Of a DNA stretch of 64,000 bases, positions 51,988 through 64,000 are shown piece after piece; positions within the stretch are counted from its first letter, which is position 1; each line of letters opens with the position of its first letter. The notes under the pieces were generated by a model, which had not been told where the DNA came from, made no database searches, and saw nothing but the letters and a program-made list of their open reading frames with translations. Source of the stretch: Eledone cirrhosa (Eukaryota); contig OZ024740.1 of the NCBI GenBank assembly GCA_964016885.1, forward strand, positions 119,846,001-119,910,000, in the 5' to 3' direction. Both the position numbers and the translations under genes were made by a program.

Positions 51988-54498
51988 TTAATATATTTTT
52001 GATTGGAGTGCAATTCTATGAAAAGGGAGTCGTATCAATAAAAATTAGATTTGTGTTTAATTTACTGCCTACTTTAGAAATAATTTATGTAATTGCTTTA
52101 GTGTTCATTATATTTCTTCTTTTACTCAAAGGAATAATAGTGATGTAAATGAAAATACAATAAAATGAAGAAAAAAAGAATAAACAATAAGAAAATAAAG
52201 TCAAATAAAAAAGAGTAAACAAAAAGAACACATTTGTATTATTGTTCAGTAAATTAATTTATATCAACATTTCATTTTTTATTATATATATTTTCAATTT
52301 TCATAATATATTTTTCTCTTTTAAAAAGGTCACTGTGATTAGTTTTGAACTTCAAGTGACTTTTATTGCTGTTTAAAGTAAGTTAGTCAATATTGCATTT
52401 CATTTCATCAGTAAATACAGAATTCTTTGTTTCCCATATTGATAATTGATAAAACTTTATTGCAATGTTTTAATAGAATTGGATTAACTGTAAACATATT
52501 TTTCTCTCTTGAATTTCTTGGATCTACTGACTGCCAACAATTTCTCTCCTTTGCTTCTCTCTCTACCACCAAAGTGTAATGCAGTTCACATAACTTGCCT
52601 CTTTTCATTCTTCCATGGGCATAGTCTATCCATAATCAGTATGATAATATTGATTGACAGATTAATTTTTCTCAGTAGACTGAATCTAAAACATTATAAT
52701 ATGATATATCAGGAGTCCTCAAAGTAGTCGATCGGACTACTCAAGGGGTCGATCAAACTTATGGGCTAAAACTTGACATTTTTATGAGAAATAAAAATAC
52801 ATAAAACTTTATAATAAAATACAACTTGCTAATACAGGCTTCTGATTTATAAAAAATAGTTTTTATCATATATTTATATTATATTATTTACTGATTTATT
52901 TATTTACTTATTGATTTTTGTACATGCCTGGGATCAATGAGAGGCCAAGGATTCTATACAGAGGCGATGATCTAGAAGGTTTGAAGGTCTCAGTGGTATA
53001 TAATCAATGTGGAATAAAAATTGTTAATGCTTTTAAACTAATCATCACCTGATTAAATATCACTGGAATATTTTAAAATATAATCAGTCATCAGTAAGGT
53101 AAATGAACTTAAGTAGAGAGTTTTAAATTTATTTTTGAATTTACGTTGTCAATCACTTTTGATAAATACAATTTTGACGGAATAATTGCAAATACATTAT
53201 TGAAGCATTGATGAACAATCATACTTATAGTAAAATGATCTTCCTTGGATTATTTCATAAAACCTGGCCCTCAGGATGACATCAACATCATTATCACCAT
53301 TAAAGTCTATTTTCCATGGTAGCATGGATGAGATGAATTGTCCTGTTGTGAGACAAGTCAGATCAGGTGACCGTATCTTGCACACACAGAACTGTTTCTG
53401 GTTTGATGCCTACAGCTGGATGCCCTTCCTTACACCATCAGTATTTACAGTGTGGACTGGGTGCTTTTTATTGTGGCACCAAAATGACCAACTGACAGGT
53501 TGGACAGGGTGTTTTTTGTCCTGTCATATATATTATTATCATCACATCATATTAGATAAGTTTTCCATGCAGGTATGGGTTGGACAGATTGTCACATTCT
53601 GAAACTACTTGAGACAGAGAAACATATTTTTCTATATCTACCATTTTTAGCAATGTTTCTATGGCTGAATGACCTTCCTATTGCTAACAACTTTACAGAA
53701 TGCATTTGGTGAAATTTATTCTGACATGTATGTGCATGTTTGTGTGTTTGAATGTCTATAGGAAAATGCAGTGGGAGTGCACATCATCTGCCAAAGTTTT
53801 CATGCTGCGAGTAAAGACAAGTAGCCTGGCCTCTGGCTTGTCCTAAAATATGCAAACCTTCTCACAGTTGTGCTCTGCATTCTCTCACATAAAATAATTT
53901 CAATTTACAGTTTGATAGGCCAATGACATTAGGTTTTGACACCTCTTACTCTGACCACACTTGGAAAAGTACTTAGACTTTATTTTTTTACTTACAGTAT
54001 CACACTCATCCACACAAATCATGTTACAAGTCATAACACCAGGCCACCCTCTCTACAGCTTTGGATATTTATGCAATGCTTCTATATAGCAAAACTGTTT
54101 CATGATATGTTTAATAAACAGTGGAAATTATATATTTAAACTAGTTTTATATATATATATAAAACTGTGATCCTGTATGTTTCAGTTATATGTCTCTCTA
54201 GACAGCTGCCTAGTCACCTTGATGTAGCACTGGCCCTAGTGTGAAGCGGTGCAAAAGTGGACTAGAAGAGGAGAAAATCAGAATGAAAATGGACTGGGAG
54301 ACATTATCACACACACAGATGCATATATGTGTGTGTGTATCAGAATATTCTTTGGAAACAAAAAAAAGCAAACAATACAGTACAATGAAGAAATATATCA
54401 GTTTAACACTTGAAATAGTAGGAAAAGAGTCTTTGGGTTTGGGACACTAGTTATTTGCCAGAAGATAGAATGAGAAATAAAATATGAAATATATATAT

Positions 54499-54534
<36 letters not shown>

Positions 54535-54586
54535 CAAAAGAAGAAGGATACAATTACATAAAACAAGCAGACAGCTCCATCTTTAC

Positions 54587-54737
54587 CTCGTCAGCAACCA
54601 TGTTGGCAAGCAATTTCACATATTAAGTTTGTATTGAACTTGTAATGCCAATTTCTACAACAGATTGTAGAACAACTCTGTTGTAGAAGATGCATGTGAC
54701 TCGATAACAAAGAATGGATTAAATTTACGGGTGTCTT
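54587..54737 (-). other. Candidate exon containing 5' UTR and start codon (MVADE)
   Basis: Acceptor TTTATCTGTTTTTGACAG, Kozak-like GCCAACATGG and donor GAG|GTAAAG in non-repetitive sequence. No partner exon found. Confidence 0.25.
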
Positions 54738-55989
54738 CTGTCAAAAACAGATAAATATGTAAAAATTTATGACTAGAAATATATAGACAAGTAATTTAGG
54801 ATATGCAACATTTTAACACTGGAAAGATTTAAAATTTTGAAATATTCGACTTTTGTCAGAAGAATGTGGTTGGGGTAAACATATGTTTAACATTTTTTAT
54901 AGAATATAACATAATATGCCTGTAAAAGCCTCAATAATAGTACAGGTTCAAATTTTGAGATACATCGTTTGACAGATATAAATAATTTATCATGCCAATA
55001 TTGTTGCTTTGAAATATGTCCCTAACTGTCCTTATATCCTCTCAAGTTGTTTGTGAAATATCAGATAGATGTTGTTTCAGCTCAGACAGAATGGCAAATG
55101 CATTACCCTGAGGAATAAGAAGGAAGATGTACTGACAAAGCAAATCCAACTTAAAGGATATTGTGCAAGATTTTTTTTCATCTTGCAACACTGATAAGCA
55201 TGCTCACTTCCAAGGAGTGCAGCTATCATACATCAAAGGTACTATCTCTAGCCAATTACACCCTAATATTGAAATTACATTTCTCAAATCCCCTTAAAAA
55301 CCAAATAATGTACAGTATTAAAATTCTTTCTTTAATTATTTCAAACTACTCTTTAAGAGACAATGGGTAACATTATACCTAGTATTGAAATAACATTTAT
55401 TTAAATCAATTTACTCTATTTTCAAAGCAAGATGTTATATCCAGTTTTGAAATATTTCCTTAAATCGTTTTATTCACTCAAAATATTGTTTCTTTAAACC
55501 CTTGATTATGGTACATCTGGTACTGAAATAATGTTTCTTCAAATCACTTTACTCTGTTTTCAAATTTAGAGACATGCAATTATATGTATATATATATGTG
55601 TGCATGTTGAACGACATCAAGCCTCAAAAATTTGAGAAGGTTTTCAAAGGTTGAGGGCACTTGTTTTCTTGAAACTAAATAATGAAAAAGAACACAGAAC
55701 ACACATTTTCAAATTCATGCATGTGCGAACAGCTGTGTATAAGTGAGTATCAAATGACTCCATGCTGAAGTGTTTTATTCACTAAACAACCAGTCAGTAC
55801 TGAACATCTATCAATATTTCTTTATAACTCATACTGAAGAGCTGAATTATCATTGTTTCATAATGGAATAAAATATGTTTTTTTATAAACAATTAATGGA
55901 AAATTATGTCTTGTTGTCTGCACTAATATTATCTACAGTTAGTAGTAAGTGTCCAAGTGAAAGAAACATTTTCTGATAACAGGAATTTT

Positions 55990-56506
55990 CCTTAGATGTA
56001 GTTAATAACTAGCTACCTAGACAACCTACTTAGCAATGAGATGGTTGATCTGAAAGTATCATAGCCAGGACACTTCAGGGAGCTACTACCTTTGCTGACA
56101 ACAAAGATATTTTCTCTCTGAGCAAAGGCAATTGATATGATGTCTGTATAAAAAGTGCAATATTTGCAGACGATTTGTGAAGGTAGAATGGAAACAAAGT
56201 GAGAATGCTCCAAGGGATATATAATTTCAATATTCATGGGCACTGTAAGACATGAGCTGAAGGAATCAGATGTAGTGTGTAAGTGAGAAAATTACACAAG
56301 ATGCATATGAATGATAATCTAAATGAGAAAGTGCTTTGGGATTGCAACAGATTGAAGCTGCTGAAAAGGATGACTAAGGAAGACATAGACTGAGGTGGTG
56401 AGAACTGATCTCAGCATGCTGAATCTCATGGAGGTGAGGATGAAGGAATACTGTACTAGAGAATACCTGTCCTGCAAGTATGGAGAAATTGGTGTAAAAT
56501 GGTAAT

Positions 56507-56510
<4 letters not shown>
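55990..56510 (+). pseudogene. Highly decayed RTE 3' fragment
   Basis: FRELLPLLT, HGHCKT, RKT*TEVVRTDL and the tail CCTGTCCTGCAAGTATGG. Confidence 0.55.
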
Positions 56511-56578
<68 letters not shown>

Positions 56579-56628
56579 CCCTTGCAAGCAGGGAAAAGCG
56601 GACGTAAAATGATGATGATGATATATAT

Positions 56629-56953
56629 ATGGCTTAGTGGTTAGAGCATTGGCCTTGCAATCAAAAGGTTGTGAGTTCATTTCTGAGACCGGGTGATGTG
56701 TTGTTTCCTTGAGCAAGACACTTTATTTCACATTGCTCCAGTTTACTCAGCTGTAGAAATGAGATGATAGGGACTGGGGTCCTTATCATTTCACTGCAAA
56801 GTGGTCGTGGAGGTGCCACGGCAAAAAAGCACCCAGCACTCACTGTAAATGAGGTTGGTGTTAGGAAGGGCATCCAGCTGTAGAAATCAAGCCAGAATCA
56901 GTTCCCGTCCCATCCTTGCAAGCAGGGAAAAGCAGACGTAAAATGAAATGATG
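56629..56953 (+). mobile_element. SINE family B with RTE-derived tail
   Basis: Near-identical to 38276-38655 with one fewer internal unit. Confidence 0.85.
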
Positions 56954-57856
56954 ATATATATATATGTTCACATGAGGTTACACACCAAGCCAAGAAACGT
57001 CTGAGGGGATTATGAACTGCATTTATTGTAAATGATATCACACTTAGAAGAAACCTCTTTCAAGCCATCCTTAGTGCATAAATTACACAGCATTATTGGT
57101 GATGAAAATTAATTGAAATTGTTTGTAGTTGCTAGACTCTGAATAAACTTACTTAAAGCAACGACACTTTGTTTAATATTAGTATGTTTAACAGATTTTA
57201 TAATGCCATCAAGAAATGATAGCTATCATCATTGTTTTTTATCCATTTTCCATGCTGGCATGGGTTGGACAAGTCAGATGACGATGTCTTGTTCATATGT
57301 TCTCTTTAGACATGTTTTTTATGGCTGGATGCCGTTTTTAATGCCATACATTTTACACCAAGTACCAACTGCCTTTTATTGTAGCACCAGCCCTGGCACT
57401 TTGCTGAGTGTACTGTATCACTACTCTTGCTCACAATTGTAATATGCACACAAAAAACTATATTATAAAAGAAATATCACAATCAATTTTTAATAAAAAA
57501 ATTAGCTTTTATTTCATAATAAATACTCCATATTCTTTTCTAAAATGCTGATCAATATATTTCAGTGTTTATTCCAATGATAACAGTTATGGACATGTCA
57601 GAAATTCAACAAAACAGAAAACATGTATTTCATTTAATTATTAAACTGAATATTTCATAGAGGAGAAACCATTTTTGAATATTTTCAAATCTACTAAGAA
57701 AGACATAAGGGATGGGGAAAAGATGGAGTACATGTGGATGAAGAGCAGACACAGAGGGCAAAAGTCATTGATATGGTCACTGAGTGTGACAAATGGACTT
57801 TGTCAATTAATTAACTAATTAACCAACTGAGTCATGGCTTAATTACCTGATTAATA

Positions 57857-58063
57857 ATAGTTTCTCATTCAGGCAAGAGGCCAACAATTTCGAGGGAAGG
57901 GAATGTCGATTAAATAAACCCCAGTACATTATTTGTATTTTAATTTATTGACCCTATAAGGATGAAAGTCAAAGCTAACCTTGGTGGAATTTGAATTCAG
58001 AATGTAAAAGGAACTAACTCTATGCTGCAAAGCATGTTTTCCAATGCTCTACTAATACAGCCA
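57857..58063 (-). mobile_element. SINE family A variant
   Basis: Reverse complement of head, core and tail. Confidence 0.75.
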
Positions 58064-60011
58064 ATAATGATAATAAAACTGAAGTGACACTCGACCTGTG
58101 AAATTGTTTGATTGGCAGTATCACCCTCCTAACATATATGAATATCTGCTTCAACACACAATTTCACATCAGGAATCTTCCAAAACAAATACAAAAAGAA
58201 AACAAAAACATTATTTTCTGTACATATCTCTAATGATAGAACATTTCATGTGCAGAAATGTTCATTTTGTGAATTCACTTCATTTATCATGTTGTAATAC
58301 ATAAATGAATTCAACTTATATGTAATAATGAGCAGAATGTATTTCAAGATAAATTGTAATGCAAAGGTAAATTTCAAGAAACATATGCATCACTATCTGA
58401 AGAGAAGTCCAAGGGAGAGTTTATGTTGGTAGTTAATTTTAACATGTATTAAAATTTTACTACCAACACAAACACTAAATAATATTGAAATAATAGTGTC
58501 CAGTGGTAACACTATGTTTGATAGAATTATGTATTTCCTTGTGCTAGCTGATATACTTGCATCTGATGTTACTCAGATAAAGGTCAAAATTTGATTTTTT
58601 TTCAATTTACAGGCAAATGTGTAAATTATACACATTTACTTGGAATTTCTTGGTACTGATCCTTAGCTTTGTGATCTGACTATACTTTCCATTTCTCTTG
58701 TTTTTCTTAATCGGGATAAAATTACCCACCAACCACTTCTCACAGATGTGATGTCTCCTGGCTGCCTCTTCTAACATTACAACAATGGTCTCTGTGCCAC
58801 AGCTTGCCAGATGCATGCCATCACCACTCAGATACTCCTAATTCACTTAGGTTTCCTTTAATTAACACTTGTGTTGTGTTTAACCACTCCTTCCTAATCC
58901 AACACTAAATACTATGCCCTGTCATTCATGCTCAAACTATCATGCTTCTGAAATCCCTTCACTGCACATATCTTTTCAAAATGACTGTACATTTAGCAGT
59001 TTAAGCTGAACATCAATGTTCCTCTCTCCAATATTGAAGAGTCTGTGAAGGTGATAAGTACGGTCTCTTGTTACAGACCTACCAAGTAAAAGTAAATATA
59101 GCCAAAGGTTCCTATAATATATCACAGTCTGTGGAATCAAGTGATGAAACTGGCATTCACTGGGGTATATATAAGTATCCAATTTCTGAAGTAAATATTA
59201 CATTACACACAGTTTTCAATTTGTTTTTCTTAGCATTATGTATATTCTAGAGTGGCACTCTAATGACTGGCTGCACCAGTTGCAGGAACATGGTGATGAT
59301 ATATTCAATATTTAAACTGAAACTAATTGGTTCATTTTATCATGACACCATCATAGGCATAATAGGTACCCTCAGCCCTATATTGTCTCCACTCACTCAC
59401 TAATCACTTTATACAGACGGCACAACACATACACACATATATGTGTGCCAAAAGTAAACAGAAAAAACAAAGCAAACAACACAGTACAATGAAGAAATAT
59501 ATTAGTTTAACTATCAATATAGCAGGAAATGTGTCTTTACATGTAGGGGACACACACACACTTATATATTGAAATATTGCATAATAGGGTGAGAGACAGG
59601 TGATGAAAAATGTACAGGAACAATGAAGACAGACAGCAAAAGCAAAAATAAAATACAACTCAACATGAATATTTAAAATAACATTTTCAGTTGTCTACTG
59701 GATTTCTTTGAGCTTTTGACACATTTTGACCTGAATACTCAACTCAATGGTGTCAATGCAAATATATATAGTGTACATATGCAAAGAGCAAAACCATGAG
59801 TAAGTTTCAAGTAACATGTTTAAAGACTGACATGTAATTTCCATGGAGGATAGTTGCTTTTAGCCTTGATTGGTTTGCTATCTACGTAATGTGTAACTCT
59901 TAGAAGAAATATCTGAGACCAAGCATTGCTTAGTTTCCTTATAATACATGACAAGAAATAACATTATTCAAAATGGTGTTTTGGTAATATAGTCAAATCA
60001 TCCATGAATTG

Positions 60012-62600
60012 CATCATCATCATCATCATCATCAGCGTTTAACGTCCGTGTTCCACGCTTGCATGGGTTTGGACGGGGGTAGTCCCACTTGAGGCAAGAG
60101 TGATTGTCTTGCTCGCATAGGACTGTCTGGCAGGTTTTCTACAGTTGGATGCCCTTCCTAACACCAACCACATTTACAGTGTGGGTCTGGGAGGTTTTTA
60201 CCGTGTTGCCTACACGGCCACATTACAGCGTGGACTGTGTGTTTTTTTGTCGTGACACCTACACGATCTCATTTGTTTCGGCCTCGATGGCGCGGCACCA
60301 ACATAACTTTACATAGAACGGGGTGGTGTGGATCGGGTGGGGGTGGTGGGACGGGGTGTATTTGTTAGAGATGCCTACTGGCTGGAGTAGGTTTTACTAT
60401 ATATTTAGGTAAGGCGGGTCTTCTCTGTTACTGAGTACCGCCAAAGGTCTCGGTCCAGTGACATTGTCTTGGAGAGGTGTAAGTGTGTGATGTCGGAGTT
60501 TATCAGCTCGTCCCAGGTTTTTCTAGGTCTGCCTATTCCGTGACTACCGTCTATCTTTATTGCCCTGCACTTTGTTATACAGCTATCGACTTTCATGCGC
60601 ATCACGTGTCCATACCAACGTAGCCTTCTCTCGAGTAAACAACATCTGATCCCTCTTATCTCTAATTTATTCCTTAGTTCGTTTATGCTTTGCCGTTCAC
60701 GTATATTACTGTTACACATCCAGCGGAGCATGCAAGCTTCGTTCCTCTCTAGTCTGCGTATATCCTCTGCACACAATGCCCAGGTCTCACTGCCATGCAG
60801 CATTGCTGTTCGTATGCAGGCATCGTACAACCTGCCTTTCATTTTTAGTGAGAACCCTTTAGCAGCTAATAGTGGTATAAGCTCTCTGAACTTTTTCCAA
60901 CCAGTTCTGACTCTAGCTACAGTACTTTCAGAGCACCCTCCCCCACTGCTGATTTTATCGCCCAGGTAACGGAAGCTGTCCACTATTTCTATAGAACCCT
61001 CTGCGCAATTGAAAGAGCTAGTAGTTTGTGGGCACTTGCTGCTACTTATTGCACCAGAGCACCGGCCACATGTAAAATCTATGTTCTTAGTTAGCCTACC
61101 TGTGATCCCACTACATCTTTTATGCACCCATACTTTGCATTTAGGACATAAAATGGAGTTTCTACCTACGCCTTTCCTACACACCGAGCACGACCATTTC
61201 CCAGAAGGGACCGCCGCCTTGTTTTCTTTCCTACAAACTAGTACTTTGGTCTTAGCCAGGTTAATTTTAAGTCCTTTTGACTCTAGGCCGTGCTTCCATG
61301 TTTGGAATTTCTTCTCTAGCTCGGCCATTGATTCCGCTATGAGTGTCAGGTCGTCTGCGTATAGGAGTTCCCATGGGCAGCCTGTCTTGAACTCCTCTGT
61401 TATGGCCTGAAGGGCAATAATAAATAGTAGTGGACTGAGAACAGAGCCCTGATGGACGCCGACTTTTACGCTAAACTCTTCACTATATTCGTTGTTAATT
61501 CTAACCTTGCTGACTGTTTCTTTATACATGGCTTGTATAGCCCTCACAAGCCATTCGTCAACGCCTAGTTTTCTAAGAGCCCACCAGATAATGGAGCGGG
61601 GGACTCTGTCGAAGGCTTTCTCCAAGTCGACAAAAGCTAAGTAGAGGGGTTTACCTTTAGCTAGGTACTTCTCTTGTAGTTGTCGTACTATGAAAAGAGC
61701 GTCTGTGGTACTTTTGCCTGACACAAACCCGAACTGCATTTCATCTAGGTCAATTCTCTCTCTGATTAGTTGCGCTATTACTCTTTCCGTGACCTTCATG
61801 ACCTGGTCGATTAATTTAATGCCTCTATAGTTACTCCTATCTAGGGCGTCTCCTTTACCCTTATAACAGTTAACGATGATGCTGCTATGCCAGTCCTTCG
61901 GAACAACCCCGTTTTGTACGACTTGGTTAACTATGCGGGTGACCATGGTGTGTCCCACCGTGCCAGATGCCTTCAGCATCTCAGCAACTATTTCCGAAGG
62001 CCCAGCCGCCTTACCAGTCTTCATATCCTTGATTGCCTTACTTATTATACTCCCCTCGACTAACACTGCTGGTCCCTCTATTGGGTCGATATGGGGGAGA
62101 CTGCCTTTCTCCCAATTATTCTCCTCATTTAGAAGCCTTTCATAGTGACACTTCCAAGCTACCTTCTTATCAGCGTCGGTGATGGCAAGTGTGCCATCGT
62201 CGTTTAGTACACACTTCTCCCCGACAATATCACGGTTTTCCTTGACGCATTGCCTAGCAATCCTGAACACCTCACGTTTTTGGTCATCGCGTTGTAGAAC
62301 ATGCTTGAACTTTCTTTCCTCAGCTTCCCTTCTTGCTAAGTACACTTGTCTCCTAGCTTCCCTCCTGGCCACTTGATAGTCCTCTCTACTTCCCCCATCC
62401 CGCCATACTTTCCAAGCCTGCTTTTTGGCCTTAATTGACCCCTCCACCTTACTGTTCCACCACCATGTTACTCTCCTCCTGCCTACAGGCCTGCTCCAGC
62501 CACAGACCTCGTCTGTCGCCAACAGCAGGTTTGCTTTCAGAAATTCCCACTCTCCCTCTATATTGTCCGACTCTAAATGTTCTTCCTTACTGTCGAATAT
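60012..62600 (-). mobile_element. Young 5'-truncated RTE-clade LINE with ~390-bp 3' UTR ending in (GAT)n
   Basis: The ORF above is followed on minus by a 3' UTR and the tail CCCATGCAAGCGTGGAACACGGACGTTAAACGCTGATGATGATG. No TSD recognised. Confidence 0.9.
60405..62522 (-). CDS. RTE-clade LINE ORF (reverse transcriptase with inserted PHD-like finger), 5'-truncated, lacks endonuclease
   Basis: 705-aa uninterrupted ORF with RT motifs YKGKGD..SNYRGIKL, QFGF..GKSTTD, LAFVDLEKAFDRV, GVHQGSVLSPLLF, LLYADDL, GLKINLAKTK, FRYLG and RTE C-terminus (LHGSETW, RRLRWYGHVMR, GRPRKTW). The frame stays open upstream to ~62600 and has no true ATG start. Confidence 0.93.
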   Translation of the reverse strand: MATDEVCGWSRPVGRRRVTWWWNSKVEGSIKAKKQAWKVWRDGGSREDYQVARREARRQVYLARREAEERKFKHVLQRDDQKREVFRIARQCVKENRDIVGEKCVLNDDGTLAITDADKKVAWKCHYERLLNEENNWEKGSLPHIDPIEGPAVLVEGSIISKAIKDMKTGKAAGPSEIVAEMLKASGTVGHTMVTRIVNQVVQNGVVPKDWHSSIIVNCYKGKGDALDRSNYRGIKLIDQVMKVTERVIAQLIRERIDLDEMQFGFVSGKSTTDALFIVRQLQEKYLAKGKPLYLAFVDLEKAFDRVPRSIIWWALRKLGVDEWLVRAIQAMYKETVSKVRINNEYSEEFSVKVGVHQGSVLSPLLFIIALQAITEEFKTGCPWELLYADDLTLIAESMAELEKKFQTWKHGLESKGLKINLAKTKVLVCRKENKAAVPSGKWSCSVCRKGVGRNSILCPKCKVWVHKRCSGITGRLTKNIDFTCGRCSGAISSSKCPQTTSSFNCAEGSIEIVDSFRYLGDKISSGGGCSESTVARVRTGWKKFRELIPLLAAKGFSLKMKGRLYDACIRTAMLHGSETWALCAEDIRRLERNEACMLRWMCNSNIRERQSINELRNKLEIRGIRCCLLERRLRWYGHVMRMKVDSCITKCRAIKIDGSHGIGRPRKTWDELINSDITHLHLSKTMSLDRDLWRYSVTEKTRLT

Positions 62601-62920
62601 ACATATAATTTATATTCCATTTATATTTACCATCTTCAACAACTGCATTAATACAGATATTCTATTCTTATATATATCCTGTTTATATACTACCAATAAA
62701 GATTCTAACTTGATTGTTTCTGAAGAAAACGGTATGATCGAACCTATATATTATGTCTGATAGTATACAGTTCTGTAACTGCTGTAGATCAGTCACTATA
62801 TCAATATGATCAACCCTCCGAAATGGTCATAAAACAATGAAATGAATATGTAAATTAACTTGCCTCATTATTATTATCATTGTTAAACTAATATCTAATA
62901 TCTAATATATATATATATAT

Positions 62921-63405
62921 ATCATCATCATCATCATTGTCGTTTAACGTCTATCTTCCACGCTAGCATGGGTTTAGACGGGAATTGTCCCACGTGAGGC
63001 ACGATTGGTTGTCTTTCTCATATAGGACTGTCTGGCAGGTTTTCTACAGCTGGATGCCCTTCCTAACACCAACCACATTTACAGTGTGGACTGGGAGGTT
63101 TTTACCGTGTTACCTACACGGCCACATTACAGCGTGGACTGTGTGTTTTTTTGTTGTGATACCTACTCGACCTCATTTATTTAGGACTGGATGTTGTGGC
63201 ACCAACATAACTTTAGGTGTAGATGGTGGTGGGGGTAATGGTAGTGGGGTGGGGGTGTATTTTTGGTTAGGAGGTGCCTACTGACTGTAGGTTTCGCTTT
63301 GTACTTAGGCAAGGCGGGTCTTCTGTATTACTGCGTAGCGCCAAAGATCTTGGTCCAGTGACATTGACTTGGAGAGGTGTAAGTGTGTAAGGTCAGAATT
63401 TATCA
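62921..63405 (-). mobile_element. Short 5'-truncated copy of the same RTE family
   Basis: 63305-63405 aligns to the last ~33 codons of the ORF (60405-60505); the remainder aligns to the 3' UTR and (CAT)n tail. Confidence 0.9.
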
Positions 63406-63429
63406 AATATATATATATTTATAAGTGAA

Positions 63430-63570
63430 GGTGCATGGCTTAATGGTTAGAGTGTTGGGCTTACAATCCTGAGGTTGTGACTTCGATTCCCAGACTGGGC
63501 TTTGCATTGTGTTCTTGAGCAAAACACTTTATTTCACATTGCTCCAGTTCACTTAGCTGTAGAAATGAGT
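63430..63570 (+). mobile_element. SINE family B head/core
   Basis: TGGCTTAATGG, CTTCGATTCC, TTCTTGAGCAAAACACTTTATTTCAC. Confidence 0.8.
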
Positions 63571-64000
63571 TAAATAACCTCACCAATCCAGAATTTGGTG
63601 GAGGTCAATCAGGGAGGGGTTCCACAAGTAGGAGTGAAGAGGCCCTTGATTGGATTGGATTGTATATATATATATATATATATAACAGCTGTGTATGTAT
63701 ATATATGTAGGTATACCTACACAGATTTGAGCACAAATGAAAGCCACTAAAAATGTTTATGTCATCTAAAGCACCAGAAAATAAGTAAAATAAACTTGAA
63801 AATAGTATTTAGGGCCATGATATTAGGGACCTTAATTGATTGTTTCAGGCCATGTGGTGGTGTTTATAAGTCAGCAACAGTAGATGAATGGGAGTGTAGG
63901 GTGTCCTTGTATACTATTCATCCTTTAAGCCACTTCTCACTAATGTATCATTGAATGGTGAATAACAATATCAAAGATAAATTTATTGCTCCATAAAAGT

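Noticed and set aside
52710-52996. hAT-like MITE
   Set aside because: Termini too degenerate and no TSD, so it cannot be supported.
58607-59200. Minus-strand ORFs as host exons
   Set aside because: Faint RT-like motifs (FIPIKK) suggest an old LINE remnant, and there are no consistent splice sites.
60595-62760. Several plus-strand ORFs
   Set aside because: Antisense shadows of the RTE ORF.

Overview
Eukaryotic, AT-rich, repeat-dense DNA with no confidently identifiable host gene. It is most likely intergenic or intronic sequence from a coleoid cephalopod (Octopus-like). That assignment is an inference from the dense (TA)n/(CA)n/(CAT)n microsatellites, the tRNA-derived SINEs and the RTE-type tails ending in (GAT)n. 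The only long intact ORF (60405-62522, minus) belongs to a 5'-truncated RTE-clade LINE whose reverse transcriptase has a PHD-like C4HC3 finger inserted between RT motifs 6 and 7. Other content: decayed non-LTR elements of the RTE, R4/Dong, CRE, HERO/NeSL and CR1 types; two non-autonomous Helitrons with canonical ends, one retaining an STPR-like RepHel N-terminus; a 631-bp Mutator-like fold-back element with a perfect 9-bp TSD; Penelope-like ends with degenerate hammerhead cores; two SINE families; and many inverted duplications, including an RTE copy with twin-priming architecture. Nearly all short ORFs in the track are microsatellite or antisense artefacts. All calls come from reading motifs by eye, without database searches, and boundaries of decayed elements are approximate.
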